In this document: piece by piece, positions 1 through 14,030 of the stretch | Layout of the letters: each line of letters opens with the position of its first letter | Numbering within the stretch: the stretch's first letter is position 1 | Source of the DNA: the human T2T-CHM13v2.0 reference genome, Homo sapiens | Assembly: GCF_009914755.1 (NCBI RefSeq) | Contig: NC_060927.1 | DNA: 64,000 nt | Reading direction: 5' to 3' (one strand) | Made by a program: the position numbers and the translations under genes | The notes under the pieces: model-generated | The model's database searches: none | Seen by the model: only the letters and a program-made list of their open reading frames with translations | Told to the model about the DNA's origin: nothing

Positions 1-541
1 TAGACTTTGACTATTGCTTATAATGAAGTGAGATTCTGCAAAAATTTTTCTCCCTACTGAAATGGGCCGTGTCTCTGCAATAAGGGAGAATAATGTATAT
101 ATATTTTCTGTTTAAAAAAACTGTTTAGAAATCACATTGGTCTATTTTTTTCACATTTCCATAAATAAGTAAGAAGAGACTCCTCCTTAGTGTCCCAAAT
201 GAGTAAAAAAGTTACAACAGAATGTCTTATGGAAAGCGTTAGAGGGGTCAGAATGTCCTCCTTTCTTTCCCACTTCCTGTCAGATGTTAGGCACATCGTA
301 GTCAATCCCTTTGGCATGCATTTCCACCTCTGTATCTCTATATGGCAGGTGTTTTGTAAAGAATCTCACTTTAGGTGGGCAGGGGAGGAAAGGCAGGGAT
401 AAACAGATCTGATAATAATGGCTATTGCTTAGTTTTTTGTTTATAAAGAGAGAATTAAAATCTTCCTAACTAGTCTCTGTGTCATTGTGTATCTTTGATT
501 TCTGTCAGAGTGAAAGAAAACATAAAACAGTACTGTTTTCC

Positions 542-850
<309 letters not shown>

Positions 851-2069
851 TCAGAGATAGGAGGTTATGCATCCGATAATTCATTTCTGTTGGCCTCCTC
901 TTTAAAATGCAAATATGTATTTCATTGATTAGCTCTAATAGTAACTTATAATCTGCCTAAATTACTTTGATTAGGATACGAGTATATACTCCTCTCTGTA
1001 CATACCTAGTTAACAGAGAAAAGATAGAACTTTTTTCTGTAGGGGTTATAAGGTAATTTGGACTAGGTGTGGCATTGTGGGTAAGGAAGGTGAGTGAGCT
1101 GTCTCACTGGATGTTTCAGGATAGCCACAGTCTGCATGAAGGATGGTGAACATTAGGATGTTAGAGATGAGAGGAGAGAAGTCCCCAAGTTTGAGAGGAG
1201 TAAGCAGAATAAAGTTAATCAAGTATGAAAAGGTCAAAAACTGTGTCTGAGGTTCGGGTGGTAGTAATTGCTATAAAAGATTTTAGAAGATGGGGCATAA
1301 ATTTTTATTGAATCTTGTCCTTGGGTCCCTGAGAATATAAAAGAGGGACTGTCCTTTGGTTTTTCCAATTTTTCTTTCCCTGTTAGCTCTCAGAATGGTC
1401 AGAATGTGGATACTCAAAATCAAAGACATTTTCAAAGTAGTTTTCCATTAGTTCAGGCCTAGATGGATGAAGTTTTAATGACATTTGAAATATAGTTTAT
1501 ACCTGCATTTGGAGTGTTCTCAGGAATCAAAGGGATAAATAGATAAGAAGCCAGGAGAGAGAATCTTGAAGTTGAAAACTGCCCAAGTCCAGGCCACACT
1601 GGGGGCTAATATGACTATCAAAGCAAATTTTTTGCTAGTGTGATTTCAAAACTGGTCTTAAAAGCTCTTGTTAATGACTCGGTAATTGTTTTAATAGCGC
1701 CTCAGTCAAGTGTGAAGTGTTGTAGCTGACATGTCAGCAATGTATGAAGTATGGCAAAAGTTTCCTCCAGGTATATCTAGAGTATCATTAAGGATTCCTG
1801 CTTACATTCTGGCTTACATAGCAACAAAAATTTATTTACTGTAGCCATAAAACTTTTCTCTGGTTGTCTAAGGAAGTCTCCATTCAAGTTGGCTCTGTGA
1901 GAGGAACGTTGAAAGAATATTTGATGAGCAGCACCTTTCTCTTTTCTGGGCAGCTTCTTCAGTAGGCAATGGAGTTATTTAGTTCAAATTCCCTCTGCTT
2001 ATTTCACATGAAGAAATCTTCCCAAATCCCAGCAGGGAAATAACCTTTGAAAAGTATTTGTACAGATTT

Positions 2070-2275
2070 GCATTCAATTAATATTCATACATTCCTTTAT
2101 TTCACAAATATTTATTATCTTCTATGTACCAGGCACCATCCTAGGGACTGTGCATATAACACTGAACAAAATCTTTGACAGTAAGAATACTGTATTCTAA
2201 TGAGAGACCCAAAATGTGTGTGTGTATATATACACGTATATATATGTATATACACACACATGCACATAGCACACG

Positions 2276-2313
<38 letters not shown>

Positions 2314-3030
2314 ATTGTTCAGTTCTATGAAGACAAGCAAATGATCGGAATAAGAAGTCCTGGTGGTAGTATGATAAAGATGGAGTTTTATCTTATTTTA
2401 TTTAGGGTGATCAGAAAAGGCTGATATTTGAGCAAAGACCAGAGGAAAGTGAGAGAGCAGATCAGTAAGGTATCTGGTAGAAGAAAGTTCCAGGCAGAGG
2501 AAATAAGAAAGACCCTGAGGTGGGAGCACACTTGGCATGTTTCAGCAACAGCTAGGAGCCCAGTGTGGCTAAACAGCATATAAAGAAGAAAGCAGTAGCC
2601 GATAAGGTAAGGAAGGTAAGGTGTGGAAGGAGGCAGATCTTGTAGGATCTTGTGGCCACTGTCAAGACATTGACTGGCTTTTCCTCTCAGTGAATTGGGA
2701 GAGTTCTGAGCAGAGGAGTCACATGATCTGAATTACCTTTTAAAAGATTTCTCTGCCTACTATGAAAATGTGTGCGTGTGTGTGTGCACGCGCGCACGCG
2801 GTGCAGGAGGAGCATTAAGGGAGCATTAAAGCAGGGAGACAAATGCAATTATCAAAAGGACAGATGGTGAACTAGGACTGTGATGGTGCAGGGAATGAAA
2901 ACTGATGGATGAATGTAGACATATTTAGAGGCAGACCTGATCCTGGCTTTGGGGTCAGAAAGACAGTGAGTATGATTCTAGAGTATTTATCCTGAGCAAC
3001 AGGATTAACTTTCTATTAACAAGACAGTGA
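2070..3030 (-). mobile_element. L2 LINE 3' portion (degenerate), interrupted by microsatellites
   Basis: CATTC..CAAATATTTATT..TATGTACCAGGCAC (reverse complement of the L2 3' end) followed by typical L2 motifs (TTTGAGCAAAGACC, GAGCAGAGGAGTCACATGATCTGA). Confidence 0.8.
2215..2312. repeat. Compound (TG)n/(TA)n/(CA)n microsatellite
   Basis: Directly visible. Confidence 0.95.
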
Positions 3031-3775
3031 ATATGAATACCTACTGTGTGCCAGACATACTATAAAGCCAGTGAGTGACACAGCTAGAATTGAAGCCATA
3101 TACAGCTGACACGTTTTTTCATGTCTCATAGACGTTATCTGTTCTTGCCTCTCTAATTACATGAAAGACGACATGATGCTTGGAACTACATGGACTATTT
3201 TGTTACTATGAGGAGATGCATCAGTCAGAGAATGATCAGGCAAGAATGAGATGGCACATGCAGATGAGGTAATTATGAATTTTGTAAAGAGTGAGCAGGG
3301 TAGAAGGGAACTGCAGGAATAGATAGCACCCTAGGGCTGAAGATGCAAGAGGAGAGAATGATTACCAGAACTGTGAGTACAGCTTTAGGAGAGGGGTGCC
3401 CTGGAAGGGCTGACATCAGGGCCTTAGGTAGAGCAACTCAGGCTCTTACGAACCTTAGCCTAAAATGGAAAGAGCCAGGGGAATCATCTACCTAAATTCC
3501 GACTCTTCTGGCACTTTCATCTGCTAGCATTGCCTTAACATAAGCCATAGGACAGGGATGTCCAATTGATTTAACTCATAGAAGGCTGTTTTCCAGGGAA
3601 CAGAACAGGATGTAGATACATGGATCTGAAGTACAGTGGAGAGCAAAGCATCCAGTATGCAAATGAACCTAGAGACACAAAGCAACATGGAAGGGTGGCA
3701 GAATGGAGAAGTAGAAAAAAATCTTGGGTCCCTGATGATGTTCCTGTGTTATTATGCTGTATCTGGAATGACAAC

Positions 3776-4680
3776 TTTGTTTTTTATTTTCCTTTAACTT
3801 TTCATTTTGAAATAATTTCAGACTTACAGAAAAGTTGTACAGTTAGTAGAGGGTTTCTATATACCCTTCGGCCAGATTCCCTCAGTGTTAAGATCTTGCA
3901 TGACCGTAGTACAATTATCAGAAGTAAGAATTAACATTAGTATAATAATGTTAACTAATCTATAGATATTTGGATTTTACCAGTTTTTCTGCTAATATCT
4001 TTCTTTTTTCCCTGTTCCAAGATCCAATGCAGGATCCCAAATATAACTTAATTGTTGTGTTTCCTTAGTCCATTATTTCTGCAGCAATTTTTTTTTCTTT
4101 GAGATGGAGTTTCACTCTTGTTGCCCAGGCTGGAGTGCAATAGCACGATCTCCACTCACTGCAATCTCCGCTTCCCCGGTTAAAGCAATTCTTCTGCCTC
4201 AGCCTCCCGAGTAGATGGGATTATAGGCACCTGTCATCATGGCTGGCTAATTTTTGTAGTTTTAGTAGAGATGAGGTTTCACCATGTTGGCCAGGCTGGT
4301 CTTGAATTCCTGACCTCAGGTGATCTGCCTACCTCAGCCTCCCAAAGTGCTAGGGATTATAGGCATGAGCCACCACGCCCGGCCAACAATTTGTTAATCA
4401 TTACTGTCTTTTATAGTCTTCACACTTTGGAAGAGTGCTAGTTAATTATTTACTAGAATGTCCCATAATTTGAGCTTATCCAATGTTTTCTCATGATGGA
4501 CTATGCATTTTAGGCCAGAAAAACAAAGAAGTGATGATCCCCTCCCTGTGTATCATATCAGAATATAAATGATATCAGTTGTCTTATACATTTATTAATT
4601 ATTACATAATTACTAATACATCTTATGCATATGATATCAACTTTGTTCTCATAATGTGGTTTCAGCTAGGTTCAACCTTT
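3776..4680 (-). mobile_element. L1MC-type LINE-1 3' UTR fragment
   Basis: TTTTGAAATAATTTCAGACTTACAGAAAAGTTG.. and CAAGATCCAATGCAGGATCCC are L1MC4/5-like motifs; sequence resumes after the Alu. Confidence 0.75.
4088..4384 (-). mobile_element. Alu SINE (AluSq-like)
   Basis: Poly-T, then GAGTTTCACTCTTGTTGCCCAGG (Sq/Sp diagnostic), ending CACGCCCGGCC. Confidence 0.97.
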
Positions 4681-5504
4681 TTGATATGAAATTATTAAGT
4701 ATCTTATCACTTAAGCAACTTAATAAAATTGCTATTATCTTGCTTGCAGATGAATACATCATAACAAATATGCCAGTCCTTTGAGTTATCTTTCTTTTCT
4801 CCATTGTACCTTATTTACTGTATGACAGAATGAATAATTTAATCAAGAGTTCCTGGATTATATATTTATGACCTGTGAATATAGTCAATTTACAGAAAAT
4901 CAGTGGCAGAGTTGTCTGTTCATCTTGTCGATTTGTCTATTTCCTGAAACTAAATAGCAAGTTTACGATTAAAACAAGATAACCTTTGGTGATGAAATTA
5001 AATAATCAAAAGTTAGGAGGAATTGAAGGAATTATTAATTCAACTTCCTGAGTAATTATGAACTCTCTTTTGCCAAAATAATGAAAGCTCTTCATACACT
5101 GCTTGACCACTTTGTGGAGGACACACTATATTGCAAAGTAGCTCCTTTCAGGCAACTGTCTCTCTTTTATTTTTTAATTATTCTTTATGCTAAGCTGACT
5201 ATGTCTTTATAAATTTGTCCCAATGATTCTATCCACTGACTTAAAAAAACATAACTCTTCCAAAGGCAGGCAACCTTCAAAACATTTCTAAACGCTCATT
5301 AAGTTTCATAGAATTGGTTATCAGCATAGGTCCAAGGATAGAAAATCCCTGTGTTACACCTATTCTGCCCATTTTGGTGTTAATTGTTTAATCAACCATG
5401 TTTGGGCTCAGTTGTTCATCTCTGAATTCATTCAAGTTTTGTTATTCAGCTATATTTCTGTATTTTTTCTAGGAGGATATCTTGAGAAGTCAATTAGTTA
5501 GGAA

Positions 5505-5900
5505 AATCCTAATAGCTATAATCAACCAACTCCCAAGTTTCAATGATTAAACAATAGAACTTCATTTGCCACTCAACAGTACAGACCAGATGTTTTTGGT
5601 AGGTGCGTATCTCTCTTCCACATGTGATACAGCCATCTAGACTCCTTATGTTTTATGGTTCTGTCATTCTTAGGGTCTTTGAGTCTTCTGCTTCAGTTAG
5701 CTGGAAGGAACATCTGCTTCTTCAAACCCCTGTCTAGAAAGGATGCTCATCATTTTCACTCACATTCCATTGGCAAAACTTGTCATATGGCCCATCTAGA
5801 CAAAAGAGGCCTAGGGAATATAATCTACGGTGGGCTGCCCTCTTTCAGAATTTAGCTCAGCATATGGAGAGGAAGCGCTTATGTTAGACAGATGGCATGT
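5505..5900 (-). mobile_element. Old MLT1 (J/K-like) MaLR LTR
   Basis: CACTCACATTCCATTGGCAAAACTTGTCATATGGCCC..GGGAATATAATCT matches the MLT1J/K antisense motif. Confidence 0.65.
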
Positions 5901-5973
5901 TGGCTTTGTTAAATTATTTCTTAAATACAGAAATAATGTGTCTGGGAAATTTCTGTGACCCAATAGTCTAGTA

Positions 5974-6292
5974 CAGAATCTGCAAACTTTTTCCATAAAA
6001 GGCCAGAAAGTAAAGATTTTAGGTTTTGTAGATCATATGATCTCTGTTCCAAGGACTGTCATTGTAATGCCAAAGCTTCCTTGTATGACAAATGCATAAG
6101 TGTGGCTATGTTCTAGTAAACTTGATTATGAAGACTTAAATTTGATTTTTGTATAATTTTCATGTGAAGAAATATTCTTCTGTGTTTTTGGTTTGCTTGT
6201 TTAAAAATATGAAAAAAAGTTTTAGTTCTCAGAAACACAAAAGCAGACTGCATGCCAGATTTGGACTGTGTGCTGTGGTTTGCTGATCCCTG
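5974..6292. mobile_element. MER58B-like hAT-Charlie non-autonomous DNA transposon
   Basis: Termini CAGAATCTGCAAAC..GTTTGCTGATCCCTG; degenerate 8-bp hAT TSD GTCTAGTA/ATCTAACA; ~320 bp. Confidence 0.85.
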
Positions 6293-6489
6293 ATCTAACA
6301 TCACACTCTAATAGAAATGAGATTTGTATAGCATCCTTTGAGTTAAGTGAATACTTGCTAAGTCTTAGTACTCACTGTTTCCCTGCCCCTATAAATTTTG
6401 GTAAATCAGTTACTAATTAACAATGTATTCTAGATATCATATGATATGTAAGTCAATTCAGCAATCTGATTTCATACTTTATTAATTAC

Positions 6490-6700
6490 TGCTACAATTT
6501 ATTAAGAACTCACAAGGTACAATGATTTTACATACATTACCTTAACTCTTAAAAAACACGTTATGACATAGCTATTGTCATTCCCATTTTATCACTGAAG
6601 ATATTAAGGTTCAAAGCAGCTAAAAAAATATTTTGCTTGTATTTCACACAGCTAGAAATGCAAAACCCAGAACTGAACCCAAAGTTGGATACAACTCTTT
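6490..6700 (-). mobile_element. MIR SINE
   Basis: Core ATTCCCATTTTATCACTGAAG..CACACAGCTAG..GAACTGAACCC. Confidence 0.7.
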
Positions 6701-6843
6701 TCACCACAACAAGTTTTCCTGGAGGTAGATGCGTGAACTCATTAAAAACTGATAGCTAGTATTTTATTCTCTGTCTTCACTTTTGTTTCAGTTCTGTTGC
6801 AACTTTTCGTGTATATTTTATCATTTACAACTTCAAAATACTA

Positions 6844-7384
<541 letters not shown>

Positions 7385-8659
7385 TTACTAATATGGTCTT
7401 GGGTAATACACTTAACCTCTCAGATTTCTAATCTCAAAATTGCTTATTAAATTCATTTGTATACTGACCTTTTACAAGTGAACTTGAGGCAACATTGGCA
7501 AATCAAATTTAGCACCTATTCTGCAAAATTCACAAGGTTGCTGATGTTGCTCCAGTTAGGGTATGTGACGAACTGCTGATACTCCACAAATAAAAGCTAT
7601 TGATATGAATAATTTAGATTTCTACACTCATAAATTATGTTCAGTTAGGCTCAAAACATACTGGTACTTATTCTATGAAATATAATAATCTTTAATGAGA
7701 ATAATGTTATTTGCCCTTTCCCACATTGTATAAATGTTAAAAGGATGAATCCATTAATCTCTGTTAATATTTGCCCTTTGGACAAAACTATTATTAAATA
7801 ATAGGATATACTTTCCCCTAGAATAAATATCACATTTCATAATAAATGTGTGTAATTAGAATTCTATATGAATTTCCAAACACAGGTATTAGTGAAATAT
7901 TATTTTGGAGGAAAAAAAGTAGCCATTTTATAACTCATTGCCTCTTCAGTGGTGTTTTCACAGGGAAGTTACAGGTAAGATGCAAAGGTGTGGCATCAGC
8001 AGAAGAGGTGAAATGAATGTCTATATACCATAGCCTTTTTCTTATCTTACGCAGTAAAATTCAGTAGAAAGCAAATGGATATGCACAGTATTAAATTAAC
8101 TTAACAACAAAGAGCTAGAGAAATTCTTTGTAGCAACACATCCTGCTACACACACGTCTCTCCTTCAGCAGGCTATTACCTTTTAACCATTTGAGGCTTC
8201 TCACATTTCCGCTGCAGCTGGAGCATATCCCAGGGCACTTCCTGCCTCTTAGGATTTTTGACACAGAGCCCTGTATCTCTACCATTTGGCTTCCTTCTAG
8301 GCATCCGATTTGTTGCAATGAAGATCAATTATGTCTCTATTGTCATCTTCATCATAAGTAAAAGATGTCCAGTCTACTTTCCAGAGACAGGTATACCAGT
8401 TTATGTGTGTGGCAGGGGGAGGGGAGAGAAGCAAGGAGTGGATGCCGTTCTGTTTGTTTTTGACACGAAACTGTTTAAATTTGCACATAGGGAGAACATA
8501 ACCCAGACAAATATTCTTATCAAATGAAAATGTCACACTATATTTAGGGAGCCCTCACCAAAATCTAACCAGATCCATACTTCACCTAAACATCAGAAGA
8601 AAGGCTTTAACATTTGGCAAGGATTAATGATTGATTTCTTTTGTCTAGCCATATCAATC

Positions 8660-9130
8660 AGACTCTAAAACATGCACTTATTTTGACCCCATAATACAAC
8701 TTAGGATGAGTTCATCCTGCATACACACTGACAAATGTGCATCAAGAAATATGAATAAATATGGCCATATTATTATTGTTCAAAAAGTAAAAAACCAGAA
8801 ACAGCCTAAATGTGGATCAGTGATGGAATGGTTCAATAAACTAATAATTTGCATTTTAAATATTATGTTGCCATCAAAATTTGGAGCAGATTTATATGTA
8901 CTTATATGAAAAGGGCTCTATTCTTATGTAAAAAAAAATTCATGGAATAAGACGTGTATTCTGATACCATTAATGTAAACAGTGGATGCATGCATGTATG
9001 TGTACCTACACACAAACTTAGAAACATATATGGAAGGATGTATATAAAACTATTAGTAATAATTTCAATTAGATAATACAGGAATGGAAAATTTGGAGCA
9101 AAAATAAAAGGTGATTTCTTATTTCACCCT
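8660..9130 (+). mobile_element. Ancient L1ME-type 3' fragment
   Basis: TTTGACCCC..AAAAACCAGAAACAGCCTAAATGT..GGAATGGTTCAATAAACT resembles the ORF2 end and 3' UTR. Confidence 0.6.
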
Positions 9131-9552
9131 ACTTTGAATTTATTTTCTTTTTATATTTCTCTACACATTCATATCTACTTTATTAAGTCAAGCAGGTCAG
9201 CAACACAAAAGAAAATAGCCTTTGAAGACTCTCTTACCGTCTTTAAAAAGCTGTAGTTTTCTTTATCTCAATAAGCTCCTATAGTTATAAAGACTTTTGC
9301 TCTTTGAAAAACACACATAGGTGTCACACACAGATGTACCTGCAGGGAACAAGAGGGTATTAGCAGTGAATAAATTGTGGTGAGCAGACACTGAGGTAAA
9401 CAAAGAATGCATGCTTTATCTGAAGTGGGCCTTAGCCTCAGACTATCGTGCCATTGTGACCCAGCATTGTAATTCTTGCTATCTTTCTGGAAAAACTGGA
9501 AATTCATATTATTAGGAGAAATGATCCTACTTTAAAAATATTGGTGCCTAAA

Positions 9553-9896
9553 GAGTTCAACTTTTTTAGATTCCACATGTAAGTGATACACGCAGGATTT
9601 GTCTTCCTGTTTCTGGTTCATTTCACTTAGCATAATGCCCTCTAGATTTATCCATGTTGTCACATGTGGAAGGCATGGAAGCATTCCTTTTTTTTGAAGA
9701 CTGAATAATATTTCATTATATATGAGAGAGAGACATACACAGACACACATATACATACATACATGTATATACACACACATACATATATATCACTTTTTAA
9801 AATCTTTTCATCTGTTGATGGACACTTAGCTTGATTCCACATCTTGACTAATGTCAATAATGCTGCAATGAATAGAGAAGTGCAGATATCTCTTCC
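9553..9896 (-). mobile_element. L1MA/L1MB 3' region fragment
   Basis: TTTTTAGATTCCACATGTAAGTGA..TTCACTTAGCATAATG..GATGGACACTTAG..AATAATGCTGCAATGAA. Confidence 0.85.
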
Positions 9897-10164
9897 AATT
9901 ATCAGCCAAGAATTTTTTACCCAGCAAAACTAAGCTTCATAAATGAAAGAAAGATACAGTCTTTTTCCAAACAAACGAATGCTGAGAGAATTTGCCAATA
10001 CCAGGCCAGCACTACAAAAACTGCTAAAAGGAGCTCTAAATCTTGAAACAAAATCTCAAAATTCACCAAAATAGAAGCTCCTTAAAGCATAACTCTCACA
10101 GAATCTATATAACAATAACAATGAAAAAACAAACAAACAAGTTATTTAGGCAACAAATAGCACA

Positions 10165-13100
10165 ATGAATAGAATAGCACCTCACATCTCAATACTAACA
10201 TTGAATGTAAATGGCCTAAATGGTCCACTTAAAAGATACAGAATGGCAGAATGGATAAGAAATTACCAACCAAGTTTCTCCTGTATCCAGGAGACTCACC
10301 TAACACAGAAGGACTCACATAAACTTAAGGTAAAGGGGTGGAAAAAGATATTCCATGCAAATGGACACCAAAAGAGAGCAAGAGGAGCTATTCTTATATC
10401 AGACAAAAGGAACTTTAAAGCAACAGAAGTTAAAAAAGACAAAGAGGAACATTTTATAATGGTAAAAGGACTAGTCCCATAGGAAAAGTTCACAATTCTA
10501 AATATATATGCACCTAGCACTGGAGCTCCCAAATTTATAAAACAATTATGAATAGACCAAGAAATGAGGTAGACAGCAACACAATAATAGTGGAGGACTT
10601 TAAAACCCCACTGACAGCACTAGACAGGTCATCAAGACAGAAAGTCAACAAAGAAACAATGGACTTAAACTACACCCTACAACAAATAGACTTAACAGAT
10701 ATTTACCGAACATTCTACCCAACAACTGCAGAATATACATTCAATTCATCAGCACTTAGAACATTCTCCAAGATAGACTGTGTGATAGGGCACAAAACAA
10801 GTCTCAGTAAATTTCAGAAAAAATTATATCAAGTACTTTCTCAGACCACAGTGGAATGAAATTGGAAATCAACTCCAGAAGGAACCCTGAAAAACATGTA
10901 AATACATGGAAATTAAACAACCTCCTCCTGAATGATCATTGGGTCAACAATGAAATCAAGATGGAAATTAAAAAGTTCTTTGAACTGAAAGATAATAGTG
11001 ACACAACCTATGGAAACCTCTGGGATACAGCAAAAGCAGTGCTAAAAGGAAAGTTCACAGCATTAAATGCCTACATCAAAAAGTCTGAAAGAGCACAAAA
11101 AGACAATCTAAGGTCACACCTCACAAAACTGGAGAAACAAAAACAATCCAAACCTAAACCCAGCAGAAGAAAAGAAATAACTAAGATCAGAGCAGAACTA
11201 AATGAAATTGAAACAAACAAATAAAAACAATACAAAAGATAAATGAAACAAAAAGATGGTTCTTTGAAAAGATAAATAAAATTGATAGACCATTAGCAAG
11301 AGTAACCAAAATAATAGAGAGAAAATTTAAACAAGCTCAATTAGAAATGAAACGGGAGATATTACAACTGATACCGCAGAAATACAAAAGAGTATTCAAG
11401 GCTACTATGAATACCTTTACGTACATAAACTAGAAAACCTAGAGGAGATGCATAAATTCCTGAAAATATACAACCCTCCCAGATTAAACCAGGAAGGTAT
11501 AGAATATCTAAACAGACTAATAACAAGCAGCGAGACTGAAATGGTAATAAAAAAAATTTCCAACAAAAAAAGTCCAGGACCAAATGGATTGACAGCTGAA
11601 TTCCGTCAAACATTCAAATAAGAATTGGTACCAATCTTATTGATATTATTCCAAAAGATACAGAAAGAGGAAAACCTCCCTAAATCATTCTATACAGCCA
11701 GTATCACCTGAATACCAAAACCAGACAAGGACACAACAAAAAAAGAAAACCACACACCAATATCCCTGATGAATATAGATGTAAAAATCCTCAGCAAAAT
11801 ACTAACTAACCAAATGCAACAGCATATCAAAAAGATAATCCACCATGATCAAGTGGGTTTTATGCCAGGGATGCAGGGATAGTTTAACATACATAAGTGA
11901 ATAAATGTGATACACCACATAAACAGAATTAAAAACAAAAATCACATGATACAACTCGACAGATGCAAAAAAAGCATTTGACAAAATTTAGCATCCCTTT
12001 ATGATTAGAACTCTCATCAAAATCAGCATAGAAAAGACATACCTTAAGGTAATGAAAGCCATCTACAACAAACCCACAGCCAATATCATACTAAATAGGG
12101 AAAAGTTGAAAGCATTCCCCCTGAGAACTGGAAGAAGACAATGATGCCCACTTTCACCACTTCTGTTCAACATAGTATTGGAATTTCTAGCCAGATAAAT
12201 CAGACAAGAGAAAGAAATAAAGGGCATTAAAATTGGTAAAGACGAAGTCATGCTGTCACTGTTTGCTGATGATATGATTATATACCTAGAAAACCCTAAA
12301 GACTCATCCAGAAAGCTCCTAGAACTGGCAAATGAATTCTGCAAAGTTATGGGATACAAAATTAATGTACACACATCAGGAGCTCTGCTGTACACCAACA
12401 GAGACCAAGCTGAGAATCAAATCAAGAACACAAACTCTTTCCCAATAGCTGCAGAAAAACCATAAAATAGTTAGGAATATACCTAACTAAGGATGTGAAT
12501 GACCTCTACAAAGAAAACTACAAAACACTGCTGAGAGAAATCATAGACAGCACAAACAAATGGAAACACATCCCATGCTTACAGCTGGGTAGAATCAATA
12601 TTATGAAAATGAACATATTGCCAAAAGCAATCTACAAATTCAATGCAATTCCCAAAAAAATACCACCATCATTCTTCACAGAACTAGAAAAAACAATCCT
12701 AAAATTTATATGGAACCAAAAAAGATCCTGCAGAGCCAAAGCAAGACTAAGCAAAAAGAATGAATCTGGAGACGTCACGTTACCCGACTTCAAACTGCAC
12801 TGTAAGGCCATAGTCACCAAAACAGCATGATACTGGTATAAAAATAGGCACATAGACTAATGGACCAGAATAGAGAACCCAGAAATAAAGCCAAATACTT
12901 ACAAGCAACTGATTTTCAACAAAGCAAACAAAAACGTAAAGTGGGTAAAGGACACCCTATTCAACAAATGGTGCTGGGACAATTGGCAAGCTTCATGTAG
13001 AAGAATGAAACTGGATCCTCTTCTTTCACCCTATACAAAAATCAACTCTAGATGGATGAAGGACTTAGGTCTAAGACCTGAAACCATAAATATTCTGGAA

Positions 13101-13835
13101 GGTAACATTGGAAAACCCCTTCTAGACATTGGCTTAGGCAAAGACTTCATGACCAAAACCCCAAAGTGAATGCAATAAAAACACAGATAAACAGACGGGG
13201 CTTAATTAAACCAAAAAGCTTCTGCACAGCAAAAGAAGTAATCAGCAGAGTTAACCAACAACTCACACAGGGTGGGAGAAAATCTTCACAATCTATACAT
13301 CTTACATAGGGCTAATATCCAGAATCTACAAAGAATAAAACAAATCAGCAAGAACAAAACAAGCAATCCCATCAAAAAATGGGTTAAGGACATGAATAGA
13401 TTATTCTCAAAAGAAGATATACAAATGGCCAACAAGCATATGGAAAAATGTTCAACATCATTAATGATCAGGGAAATGTAAATCACAACCCCAATGTGAT
13501 ACTATCTCACTCCTGCAAAAATGACCATAAGCAAAAAATTAAAAAAAAATAGATGTTGGTGGGGGTGCAGTGAAAATGGAACACTTTTACACTGTTGGTG
13601 AAAATGTAAACCAGTACAACCACTATGGAAAACAGTGTGGAGATTCCTTAAAGAACTAAAAGTAGAACTACCATTTGATCCACCAAGCCCACTACTAGGT
13701 ACCTACCCAGAGGAAAAGAAGTCATTACATGAAAAAGACACTTGCACATGCATGTTTATGGAAGCACAATTTGCAATTGCAAAAATATGGAACCAGCTGA
13801 AATGCCCATCAGTCAGTGAGTGGAAAAAGAAAATA

Positions 13836-13877
<42 letters not shown>

Positions 13878-14030
13878 AATATATATGGGATACTACTCAG
13901 CCATAAAAGGAATGAAATAATGGCATTCACAGCAACCCGGATGGAGTTGGACACTGTTATTCTAAATGAAGTAACTAGGAATGGAAAACAAAACATCGTA
14001 TGTTCTCATTAATATGTAGAGATAAGCTAT
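10165..14030 (+). pseudogene. Disrupted LINE-1 ORF2 (APE endonuclease / reverse transcriptase)
   Basis: ORF fragments ILTLNVNGLN..IQETHL (endonuclease), [13 protein letters not shown] (RT catalytic motif), [12 protein letters not shown] and KDTCTCMF (C-terminus), separated by many stops and frameshifts. Confidence 0.93.
13838..13875. repeat. Perfect (AT)19 microsatellite inside L1 ORF2
   Basis: Directly visible. Confidence 0.95.

Larger units (their letters stand above)
3590..4770 (+). mobile_element. Old MLT1-type MaLR LTR split by an L1MC insertion (pieces ~3590-3775 and ~4685-4770)
   Basis: ..AAATCTTGGGTCCCTGATGATG before the L1, and TTAAGCAACT..CTTGCAGATGAATACATCATAACAAATA (MLT1-like 3' end) after it. 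Confidence 0.55.

Noticed and set aside
7950-7980. Plus-strand micro-exon-like signal (CTCTTCAG or TTTTCACAG acceptor, CAG|GTAAGA donor)
   Set aside because: 11 or 25 nt, not frame-preserving, with a weak pyrimidine tract and no partner exons; expected by chance
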